A stretch of DNA of 64,000 bases from Butyrivibrio sp. (GTDB lineage Bacteria > Bacillota > Clostridia > Lachnospirales > Lachnospiraceae). Under the pieces are notes generated by a model. The model did not search any database. It was not told the DNA's origin and worked only from the letters and a program-made list of their open reading frames with translations. Position numbers and translations under genes: made by a program. Of the stretch, positions 56,451-64,000 are shown piece after piece. Numbering within the stretch: the first letter of the stretch is position 1; every line of letters begins with the position of its first letter. The DNA lies in the NCBI RefSeq assembly GCF_015056685.1, contig NZ_SVFW01000006.1:44522-108521 (forward strand), read 5' to 3'.

Positions 56451-57293
56451 ATGAGAGAAAAGAAAATTGCGAGAAAAACTTTATATCACATTCTGGTGCT
56501 GCTCTTTGGGTTTATCATGATCTACCCGGTTTTATGGATGATAAGCGGCTCATTTAAGGATAATTCTGAGATCTTAAGAGGTACTTTAAGCCTTGTGCCT
56601 GCTGAATTTAAAGCTTCAAATTATCACACGGGCTGGAAGGGCTTTGGCGGAACCACATTTGCTACGTTCTTTAAGAACTCAATTTTTGTAACGACTGTTG
56701 CGACTTTTGGAACGGTTCTGTCTTCATCACTTGTTGCATACTCTTTTTCCAGAATAAAGTTCAGAGGAAGAAATCTGTGGTTCACATTTATGCTGGCTAC
56801 CATGATGCTTCCTGGGCAGGTTATCATGATCCCGCAGTACCTTATTTATTACAGACTGGGCCTGGTTCCGGGATATGTTCCACTTATCTTACCGTATTTT
56901 TGCGGGCAGGCTTTCTTTATATATCAGATGATGCAGTTTATGCAGGGAATACCAAGGGAACTTGATGAAGCTGCCAAAATAGATGGCTGCAGTAAGTATG
57001 GAATTTACTCAAGGATCGTTCTTCCACTTTTGAAACCCGCGATTGTGACAACTATCATCATTCAGTTTTACTGGAAATGGGATGATTACATGGGACCACT
57101 TCTTTATTTATCAAGACCACAGTCTTACACGGCTTCCATTGCCATTAAGCTGTTTGCAGATTCCGCTTCAGTTACTGATTACGGCGCAATGTTTGCCATG
57201 TCTACCCTGTCTTTGATCCCGGTATTTTTGATATTCCTTTTCTTTAACAAATATCTCGTTGAAGGAATAGGAACCAGCGGCCTGAAAGGATGA
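56451..57293 (+). CDS. Sugar ABC transporter permease (MalG/UgpE-like)
   Basis: EAA loop DEAAKIDGCSKYGIYSRIVLP. Confidence 0.9.
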   Translation: MREKKIARKTLYHILVLLFGFIMIYPVLWMISGSFKDNSEILRGTLSLVPAEFKASNYHTGWKGFGGTTFATFFKNSIFVTTVATFGTVLSSSLVAYSFSRIKFRGRNLWFTFMLATMMLPGQVIMIPQYLIYYRLGLVPGYVPLILPYFCGQAFFIYQMMQFMQGIPRELDEAAKIDGCSKYGIYSRIVLPLLKPAIVTTIIIQFYWKWDDYMGPLLYLSRPQSYTASIAIKLFADSASVTDYGAMFAMSTLSLIPVFLIFLFFNKYLVEGIGTSGLKG

Positions 57294-57297
57294 CTTT

Positions 57298-58695
57298 ATG
57301 GATGAGACTAAAGTTCTATTTCAAACATCAAATAAACTTGTGCAAAAACTATATGATGCTGCAGAAGAAAAGTGCAGGCTCAACATAAAGTCTTTTGCCG
57401 GAAGAAGGGTCCTTATAGAGGGCGGCGGCTACAACAAGGTCTGGATTGAGACTCAGCCTATGGGCGGAGCTATGTATGCAAAAAGAGATCTGGAAGTTGC
57501 CTATAACAATCAGAAAATCTTCATGGATCATCAAAGGGAAGACGGCAGGCTCCCCGGAAGCATAGAGTGCAGGGATAGCAGGCTCATTCCACAGTTCGAT
57601 AAGTTTCAGGGTTTTTGTTTTCCTGCTCCTGCGCTTGATGTGTACTATCTTACAGGTAAAAAAAGTGATTACCTCGATCAGCTTTACGAGGTCTTAAGGA
57701 AATATGACGAGTATCTGTGGAAATACAGAGATTCTGATAATGACGGGTGTCTTGAGAGCTGGTGCAGATATGACACCGGAGAAGACAATGCTGTCAGGTA
57801 TGGAAATGCCCCTGATTACTGGGAAAGTAACGAGGCACCAAAAAACTACGATGTTGTCCCTATGGCTTCCATGGATTTCATGAGCTTTTCCTACGCTGCT
57901 AGGGAGACAATGGCAGAGATTGCCAGGATAAAAGGCGACAACGCGCTATATGAAAGTCATATGATAGATGCAAATACAATAAAAATGAGAACCAAAATGG
58001 CCCTGTGGGACGGGGTTAGTGGTGCATTTTTTGACAGAGATAAGAATCACAATAAGTTGCCAACACTTATCCACAACAATCTGAGAATGATGTACTGGAA
58101 CAGTATGACAAGAGAAGAAGCTGACAGGTTTGTCAGTGTGCATTTGTTGAATGAAAAAGAGTTTTGGACCAATATGCCACTTCCGTCAGTTTCAGTGTCA
58201 GATCCTTTATACAGAAATGATACTGAGAATAACTGGAGCGGTCAGCCTCAGGCTCTTACCTTCCAAAGAGCAATCGATGCAATGGAAAACTATGGCTATT
58301 ACAGCCTGATCCCCAAGCTTGGCCGAAAGCTTTTTGAGGCAATAGGTGAGGACTGCATTTTTGTTCAGCAGTACGACCCATTCACCATGAAGCCTTCACT
58401 TCACAGTGTTTCCGGAGGCCAGGATGCCTATGGACCTGCAATGCTCTCGGTTTTGGAATATGTGAGCAGAATGTACGGGGTTGTGGTAAAAAGAGATAAA
58501 CTCATCTGGAGCAGTATAAAAGAAGATGAGGGCTTTTATGAACAGCATATAAATGGTCATATTTACAGGATTGAACAGGGACAAAATAAGGCTTATGCTT
58601 TTATTGACGGGAAGGAAAGTTTTTCTTTTGACAGAGGAAAGCGCATCGAAACGGATATGGAAGGAAAGGAGCATTTAAAAGAAAATGACCTATAA
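57298..58695 (+). CDS. Putative (alpha/alpha)6-barrel glycoside hydrolase (trehalase/GH63-like fold)
   Basis: Operon position between ABC permeases and GH28. The motifs DNDGCLESW and TGEDNAVRY are reminiscent of six-hairpin glycosidases. The family assignment is tentative. Confidence 0.45.
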   Translation: MDETKVLFQTSNKLVQKLYDAAEEKCRLNIKSFAGRRVLIEGGGYNKVWIETQPMGGAMYAKRDLEVAYNNQKIFMDHQREDGRLPGSIECRDSRLIPQFDKFQGFCFPAPALDVYYLTGKKSDYLDQLYEVLRKYDEYLWKYRDSDNDGCLESWCRYDTGEDNAVRYGNAPDYWESNEAPKNYDVVPMASMDFMSFSYAARETMAEIARIKGDNALYESHMIDANTIKMRTKMALWDGVSGAFFDRDKNHNKLPTLIHNNLRMMYWNSMTREEADRFVSVHLLNEKEFWTNMPLPSVSVSDPLYRNDTENNWSGQPQALTFQRAIDAMENYGYYSLIPKLGRKLFEAIGEDCIFVQQYDPFTMKPSLHSVSGGQDAYGPAMLSVLEYVSRMYGVVVKRDKLIWSSIKEDEGFYEQHINGHIYRIEQGQNKAYAFIDGKESFSFDRGKRIETDMEGKEHLKENDL

Positions 58696-59986
58696 TATTC
58701 TGGATTATGGAGCAGTAGCCGACGGAAAAACAAAATGTACATCTGCTATACAGGCGGCAATAGATGCCTGTACTAAAAAAGGCGGAAGAGTTGTGGTGCC
58801 GGCAGGAACATTTTTATCAGGTACACTTCGCCTCAGGTCCAATGTGAATCTGCATTTAGAGCATGGAGCAGTTCTTTTGTCCAGTCTTGATGAAGCGGAT
58901 GTTATTGATTATTTCAAGGATGGCGACGAGGACAATGAGGTTGACGGCTGGGAAGGCGGTTGCTTTTTATTTGCGCTTCATGAAAAGAATATTGCGATAA
59001 CCGGAACGGGAACAATTGATGGTCAGGGGAGAAATGCTTTTTTTGACGATGATGATCCTGAGACTGCTAAAAATGGTAGTCCTTTAAATGTCAGAGGCTT
59101 CAGGCCCAGAATGAGCTATCTTGAGGATGTGGAAAACCTTACTGTTACAGATGTTACCTTTTTTGACTCCGCATTCTGGACCCTTCACATGGCAGGCTGC
59201 AGGAATGTCAGAATAGAGAACATTGTTATTGATAATGACAAAAGAGGTCCTAATAATGACGGAATAGACCCGGATTGCTGCCAGAATGTGATCATTAAGG
59301 GCTGCAGGATAAAGACAGGCGATGACAGCATCGTACTTAAATCCACAACTCCAATGTTTAAAAAGTACGGGGATTGCAAGGATATAGTGGTTAATGGATG
59401 TCTTTTGTCATCAAATTGCTCGGGGATCAAGATTGGAACTGAGACCTTTGGAGATATTCACGACATAATCATCTCTGACTGTATAGTTCGTGACTGCATC
59501 AGAGGCATTGGCATCTGGTCAAGGGATGGCGGCGAGATCTACAACATCGATATCCACCATGTTCGCGGAACAACCAGGAATTTTGTAGATTGCAAGGATA
59601 GAAGGACCGGCGTTTGGAACTGGTGGGGGGAAGGTGAACCCCTGGCCATTACTGCAACCAAGCGAGATGGCGTGGACAGGCTCCCGGGAAAAGTCAGGGA
59701 TATAAATATCGATCACGTTTTTATTACCTGTGAGTCACCCATAATCATGGCTGGAGAAGACTATTCTCCTATCGAAAATATCAGCGTCACTGAGTCAAAA
59801 TTTGTTTTCAAGAATCAAAGTGGCAAGACAGAGCTTATTCTTGATGAGCGCCCATCCGACAGGGGCCGCTACCCTGTTAAGACGGGATATACCTACCTTA
59901 GGAATGTAGAGAACATAACGATAGATGCAGAATTTATCGTAGATAAGAGCATGGAAAAACTTATTGAACAAGATAATGAGGAATAA
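58685..59986 (+). CDS. Glycoside hydrolase family 28 (polygalacturonase-like)
   Basis: YNILDYGAVADGKT, NNDGIDPD, GDDSIVLKS and GIKIGTE parallel beta-helix motifs. The start overlaps the upstream gene by 11 nt. Confidence 0.85.
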   Translation: MTYNILDYGAVADGKTKCTSAIQAAIDACTKKGGRVVVPAGTFLSGTLRLRSNVNLHLEHGAVLLSSLDEADVIDYFKDGDEDNEVDGWEGGCFLFALHEKNIAITGTGTIDGQGRNAFFDDDDPETAKNGSPLNVRGFRPRMSYLEDVENLTVTDVTFFDSAFWTLHMAGCRNVRIENIVIDNDKRGPNNDGIDPDCCQNVIIKGCRIKTGDDSIVLKSTTPMFKKYGDCKDIVVNGCLLSSNCSGIKIGTETFGDIHDIIISDCIVRDCIRGIGIWSRDGGEIYNIDIHHVRGTTRNFVDCKDRRTGVWNWWGEGEPLAITATKRDGVDRLPGKVRDINIDHVFITCESPIIMAGEDYSPIENISVTESKFVFKNQSGKTELILDERPSDRGRYPVKTGYTYLRNVENITIDAEFIVDKSMEKLIEQDNEE

Positions 59987-60024
59987 GTGCACATTATTAT
60001 GGTAAAATAATATTTAGTCAATAC

Positions 60025-60062
60025 AGCCAGTGGAGGCGTGGGGCTTCCGCTGGCTTTTTCTT
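60025..60062 (+). terminator. Terminator after the GH28 gene
   Basis: GCCAGTGGAGGC ... GCTTCCGCTGGC followed by TTTTTC. Confidence 0.65.
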
Positions 60063-60156
60063 TTAGAAAGTAGGTGGGTGCGCTTGCATAATTGCATTAT
60101 ATATGCGATAAAAGAAATAGTGTTGATTGATATTTCAAAAAAGGAGTAAAAGTGTT

Positions 60157-62307
60157 ATGAAAAGAAAACAGATTTTGGCAGCTCTTTTGACAGGATGCTT
60201 GTTACTTGCCGGGTGCGGAACTGCAGCTGATAGTGCGGTAACTGAAACTCCTGCCGAGGGGGCAAGTAAGGAAGAGGTGGCAGCAGATGCATCAACAGAC
60301 ACTGCTAGTGCTGAGTCTTCCGAAGAAACAGCTCAGGCTGAAAGCGAATCTTATGTTGTTGATGGAGGAAGTCCCTGGATAAACTCCAACATCAAAGAAA
60401 ATGTTGTTAACAGTGATAAGGCTTCTGCAAAAGATGATCTGAATCTTGCGGTTAACTATGACTGGGCAATCACAGCAGAAATACCGGATGGATACAGTTC
60501 TTATGACAGCTTTACTGAAGTATCTCAGATAATTGATGATAAGGCACTTGAAACCTTGAAGGATGAGACAATTACCGGGCATGATGCTGAACTTGCAAGA
60601 GCATATTATAATGCTTTTCTTGATTGGGATGACCGAAATGCAAAAGGGCTTTCACCGTTGGAGCCATTTGTTAAAGATATTGAATCTCTTTCAAGCATAG
60701 AAGATGTAACAGAATTCATACTGGATAATGACAGATCAAACTTTACCCCTACTTTGGTTGGAATTGGAAACGTGGGTGATTTGACAGATTCATCAAGGTA
60801 TGTGACAAATGTGGATCATTCAAGCCTTCTACTGGGAGATTCTGCGGAGTATAAAGAGTTTAGCACAGTTGGAAAGTTAAAGTATGATGCCTACAGGAGC
60901 CTGTTTTCCAATATGATGACAAGGCTGGGATATACTAATGATGAGGCTGATAAGTATTACGATGCATGCTTTTCTTTTGAGTCAGCTCTTTCTGAGAAAG
61001 TATATACTTCGCTGGAAAACAGCGATCCTGCAATCTATGACAAGATACTTAACTATTATGAGCCAGAGGAAATGGCAGCTTTGGCTCCTAATTTCCCAAT
61101 GGATGAATTTATAAAGGAAAATGGCTACGACAATGCAAAGGTATTTCTTGTAACAGAGCCGGATGCTTTGGCAAAGATTTCAGATCTTTATACATCGGAC
61201 AACCTTGAGAACATCAAGGGATATTTCATGGTTCAGACGGTTTTGGGATGTACAACTGACCTTGACAGAGAGGCATTCGATGCAAGACTTGAGGCACAGC
61301 GTTCTATATATGGTGCATCAGGTACTCTTTCTGATGAAAAATATGCATATGCATATGTAAATGCAGCATTGCCTGAAGCTATGGAAAAGGCATATATGGC
61401 AAAGTATGATGTCACTGAGACAAAAAAAGAAGTGACGCAGTTATGCAAAGATGTAGCGGATGTTTATAGGGAAATGCTCGAAAACGAGGACTGGCTTTCT
61501 GACGAGACAAGAGAATATGCAATGGAAAAACTTGACTCATTGGAAATCAATGTGGTTGAGCCAAAAGAATACGTGGATTACAGTGGCCTTGATTTAAATG
61601 GTCTTACTTATTTTGAAATACAGAAAGCACTTGCTGATTTTAGTTGGGAGCTTGATAAAGAACGAACAAACGGAACTGTAAATAAGAATCTCTGGGAAGG
61701 TATGTCAACACTTGAAACTAATGCTTACTATGACCCAACGGCCAATTCTATTAACATTCTTCTTGGAATACTTGATGGAGTTTTTTATGGCGATGATAAG
61801 TCAAAAGAGGAGATATATGCAGGAATCGGAGCTGTTATCGGACATGAGATAAGTCATGCTTTTGATACAAACGGAGCTCAGTTTGACAAGGATGGTAATT
61901 ACAGCAATTGGTGGACTGATGAAGATTACAGTGCCTTCCAGGAAAGAGCGCAGAAACTTATAAACTACTACGATGGAATAACAGTATTTGGCGATGAAAA
62001 AGTTACCGGTTCTCTGGTACAGACTGAAGCAATTGCAGACATGGCAGGCCTTAAAGCAATGCTTACACTGGCATCCAAGGAAGAAAGCTTTGACTATAAA
62101 AAGTTCTTTGAGAGCTATGCTAATGTGTGGAAGAATATTTCTACTTATGAAGCTATTTATTCACAACTCACTCAGGATGCGCATCCATTAGATTATTTAA
62201 GAGTAAATGTAACTTCCCAGCAGTTTGATGAATTCTATGAAGCGTTCGACGTAAAAGAAGGCGATGGAATGTATCTTGCTCCGGAAGACAGAATCCTGAT
62301 CTGGTAA
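60157..62307 (+). CDS. pepO: M13 family metalloendopeptidase lipoprotein (PepO-like)
   Basis: Start MKRKQILAALLTGCLLLAGCG (lipobox) is preceded by AAGGAG. Zinc motif VIGHEISHAFD and the downstream E of the M13 family. Confidence 0.85.
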   Translation: MKRKQILAALLTGCLLLAGCGTAADSAVTETPAEGASKEEVAADASTDTASAESSEETAQAESESYVVDGGSPWINSNIKENVVNSDKASAKDDLNLAVNYDWAITAEIPDGYSSYDSFTEVSQIIDDKALETLKDETITGHDAELARAYYNAFLDWDDRNAKGLSPLEPFVKDIESLSSIEDVTEFILDNDRSNFTPTLVGIGNVGDLTDSSRYVTNVDHSSLLLGDSAEYKEFSTVGKLKYDAYRSLFSNMMTRLGYTNDEADKYYDACFSFESALSEKVYTSLENSDPAIYDKILNYYEPEEMAALAPNFPMDEFIKENGYDNAKVFLVTEPDALAKISDLYTSDNLENIKGYFMVQTVLGCTTDLDREAFDARLEAQRSIYGASGTLSDEKYAYAYVNAALPEAMEKAYMAKYDVTETKKEVTQLCKDVADVYREMLENEDWLSDETREYAMEKLDSLEINVVEPKEYVDYSGLDLNGLTYFEIQKALADFSWELDKERTNGTVNKNLWEGMSTLETNAYYDPTANSINILLGILDGVFYGDDKSKEEIYAGIGAVIGHEISHAFDTNGAQFDKDGNYSNWWTDEDYSAFQERAQKLINYYDGITVFGDEKVTGSLVQTEAIADMAGLKAMLTLASKEESFDYKKFFESYANVWKNISTYEAIYSQLTQDAHPLDYLRVNVTSQQFDEFYEAFDVKEGDGMYLAPEDRILIW

Positions 62308-62341
62308 TGGATCAATAAGAAATATATGTTGTAGATTAACG

Positions 62342-62383
62342 AGAGGATTACTGCAAACCTGTTTGGTTACGCAGTAATCCTCT
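62342..62383 (+). terminator. Terminal hairpin of copy 4, doubling as the pepO terminator (faces inward)
   Basis: AGAGGATTACTGC ... GCAGTAATCCTCT followed by TAATTTGTAT. Confidence 0.6.
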
Positions 62384-62409
62384 TAATTTGTATATGCGTA
62401 AGTGAGTTA

Positions 62410-62449
62410 GAAGACACTGGGACGGTTCTAATGACTTATGAAGACACTG
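62410..62449. repeat. REP-like unit (partial) nested in the left arm extension of copy 4
   Basis: GAAGACACTGGGACGGTTCTAATGACTTATGAAGACACTG shares its core with 4892-4955. Confidence 0.7.
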
Positions 62450-62487
62450 ATATGTATAAGCTTAAGGAATTGGTAAATGCTTAGTTC

Positions 62488-62679
62488 CGTACGCCACCAT
62501 TGACTGAGCCTGAGGAAAACGCCTTGGCCATAGAGCCGACGGTGAGGATGATGGGAACAGTAGATTATCACGCACCGTCGGATTCAGCATTGTAGCGTTT
62601 TCCTCAGAACCCGTCAATGGCAAGCACCTACGGTGTGGCTGGGTGTTATTGCCTCAGGCTCCAAATCCGAGAACAGTAG
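62488..62679 (-). ncRNA. Left arm of copy 4 (minus sense)
   Basis: The reverse complement aligns with 63460-63655, and all long-range helices are perfect. Confidence 0.55.
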
Positions 62680-62680
62680 T

Positions 62681-63321
62681 GGTGGCTACTTTCAAGGATA
62701 TGTGTGACTATATGTCTGCGTCTTTCAATGTATAGAGAGCGAAGATTATGTTTTGGAAACATAGCCCGTTTTTTGAACTTACAACACCAGTCGTCAAGTT
62801 TTTTGACTTGCGTTTTTGGGCATATACGGCCTTTTTTGAAGTTACCACACCATTATATAGATGATCATATGTTTCAGTTTACTCATCCAATGGATGTGGC
62901 AATCCACTTTTTTCTCGTATATGCCCATTTTCGCTTCCTGAAAATTTTGTCGATGGATGTGTTAACTTAAAAGTATGACTATATACCCAGTTCCTCATGT
63001 TCAATTCATTCCATACGTCGTGAAGAATAATGGTTTGGGCATATAGCGCTTTGGAGAGCTTCCAGCCACCTTTGATTCTTACTATTTTGGGCATATAGCA
63101 GCTTTTTGCGAGGCCAGCCACCCCTCAAATGGGCATATAGGCTGATTTCAAGCCTCTGGCCACCCGTTAAAATGGTGGCTGTGGACGGATAATTACCGTA
63201 TATGCCCAATCGTCTGCGATAAAACTATGACGAGGGGTGGCTGCAAGCCTAAAATCAGGCTATATACCCAAAATCGGTTTTTTTACGGGTGGCTGAGGTA
63301 TTGAAAACGAGCTATATGCCC
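62681..63321. repeat. Array of about ten bipartite modules: box A (T)GGGCATATAG and box B CCAGCCACC, in both orientations
   Basis: Forward box A at 62818, 63037, 63089 and 63131. Reverse box A (TATAT(G/A)(C/T)C(C)) at 62709, 62918, 62980, 63199, 63261 and 63313. Same-orientation spacings are 42, 52, 52, 62 and 62 bp. Confidence 0.75.
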
Positions 63322-63459
63322 AAAGACAATGCTTTCGGCTCTCTAAACTACTACTACCTATAGAGTGGACACATACAAACTTCCTTTAGCCCCACTTTCG
63401 TATGCAACATGCTGCATGCGAAAACTGGCGCGCCAGCGTTTTCTTAAAAGCAGCCGCAT

Positions 63460-63655
63460 CTACTGTTCTCGGAATTGGAGTCAGAGGCATTTTAAACCAG
63501 CCACACCGCTAGGTGCTTGCCATTGACGGGTTCTGAGGAAAACGCTACAATTCTGAATCCGACGGTGCTAGAAAATCTACTGTTCCCATCATCATCACCG
63601 TCGGCAGAGCTGGCAAGGCGTTTTCCTCAGACTCAGTCAATGGTGGCGTACGCAG
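63460..63655 (+). ncRNA. Right arm of copy 4 (plus sense), reference copy for the structural model
   Basis: Helices: CCATTGAC 63520-27 with GTCAATGG 63636-43; CTGAGGAAAACGC 63533-45 with GCGTTTTCCTCAG 63618-30; CCGACGGTG 63559-67 with CACCGTCGG 63596-604. Confidence 0.55.
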
Positions 63656-63686
63656 TTACAACCTATACTTTTCTAAGAAGTTAAAT

Positions 63687-63795
63687 GGACGGTTGAGAGA
63701 ATTGCTTTTAATAAGTCATTAGAACCGTCCCGGTGTCTTGTGGACGGTTGAGTGACTTGCTTTTAATAAGTCATTAGAACCGTCCCGGTGTCTTC
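63687..63795. repeat. Two tandem REP-like units nested in the right arm extension of copy 4
   Basis: GGACGGTTGAG(A/T)GA(A/C)TTGCTTTTAATAAGTCATTAGAACCGTCCCGGTGTCTT occurs twice (63687-63739 and 63742-63795). Confidence 0.75.
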
Positions 63796-63825
63796 TTTCA
63801 ACATACTTACGCTTATACAAATAAA

Positions 63826-63867
63826 GAGGAATACTGCGTAACCAAACAGGTTGGCAGTATTCCTCTC
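63826..63867 (-). terminator. Terminal hairpin of copy 4 facing inward from the right-hand gene
   Basis: AGAGGAATACTGC ... GGCAGTATTCCTCT. On the minus strand it is followed by TTTATTTGTAT. Confidence 0.5.
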
Positions 63868-63937
63868 GTTAATCTCTTATGCGTAAAAAACTTAATAAGG
63901 GTTGAAATTTAATTTATCACTTGCGATAGAAAAATTT

Positions 63938-64000
63938 TTACAGTGATTTTATTCGGTTAATGGCCTCTACTGTGTTTTCGTAGCTTCCAAAAGCTGTGAG
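63938..64000 (-). CDS. Possible 3' end (20 codons) of a minus-strand gene continuing beyond the window
   Basis: The open frame from the window edge reads ...LTAFGSYENTVEAINRIKSL-stop. It is too short to identify. Confidence 0.25.
   Translation of the reverse strand, partial: LTAFGSYENTVEAINRIKSL

Larger units (their letters stand above)
62335..63873. mobile_element. Copy 4 of the arm/array/arm non-coding element family (extended ~345-bp inverted repeats with nested REP hairpins)
   Basis: The inverted repeat runs from ATTAACGAGAGGATTACTGC (62335) to its complement at 63873. There is no credible ORF. The centre is built from GGGCATATAG / CCAGCCACC bipartite modules. Confidence 0.6.

Noticed and set aside
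63600-63655. T-box riboswitch interpretation of the arms, because the 3' end CAATGGTGGCGTACGC loosely resembles the T-box sequence GGTGGTACCGCG.
   Set aside because: No stem I, specifier loop or GA/K-turn features are present, and no downstream aminoacyl-tRNA synthetase or amino-acid gene exists. The arms occur as inverted pairs pointing away from each other into terminators.
1-64000. Search for defence systems, prophage, integrase or transposase genes, tRNA or rRNA genes and CRISPR arrays.
   Set aside because: No ORF shows nuclease, helicase, methylase, integrase or transposase signatures, and no tRNA-like or rRNA-like sequence was recognised by eye. A tRNAscan or Infernal run would be needed to exclude small RNAs formally.

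Overview
This 64-kb window comes from a low-GC Firmicute. Gene content suggests a saccharolytic Clostridia/Lachnospiraceae-type gut or rumen organism, but that is inference only. Gene order: malQ (5' partial), a LacI regulator, DJ-1 and CYTH genes; then tig, separated from clpP-clpX by an ~8-kb accessory insert. The insert carries a 1706-aa surface protein fused in frame to its own class B sortase, a SigI/RsgI-like sigma/anti-sigma pair and a secreted acidic protein. Next come engB, hdeD, a CobO-fusion gene, an MCP gene preceded by a c-di-GMP-I (GEMM-I) riboswitch, clpB, and a large anchored surface protein. An exopolysaccharide cluster follows (CpsB/C/D-like, LCP, Cys-less sortase-like lipoprotein, priming sugar transferase). 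The rest holds two CUT1 sugar ABC loci with GH31/GH4 and GH43/GH28 enzymes, a GAF-ABC ATPase with a giant FtsX permease and an acyltransferase, and an M13 peptidase. No rRNA, tRNA, CRISPR array, transposase or integrase gene was recognised. The most unusual content is non-coding. Four intergenic loci (about 17.6-18.6, 32.4-33.5, 34.8-35.9 and 62.3-63.9 kb; several kb in total) share one architecture. Each has two ~195-nt structured arms in inverted orientation, with compensatory base changes between copies. The arms flank a variable, ORF-free centre built of short hairpin or bipartite-box modules spaced 42/51-53/62 bp apart. One copy is bracketed by a perfect 22-bp direct repeat, and two copies bracket a single secreted-protein gene. 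I could not match this family to any RNA or mobile-element class I know, and it is the main candidate for something undescribed. All coordinates were derived by hand, so boundaries of non-coding features are approximate (a few nt).
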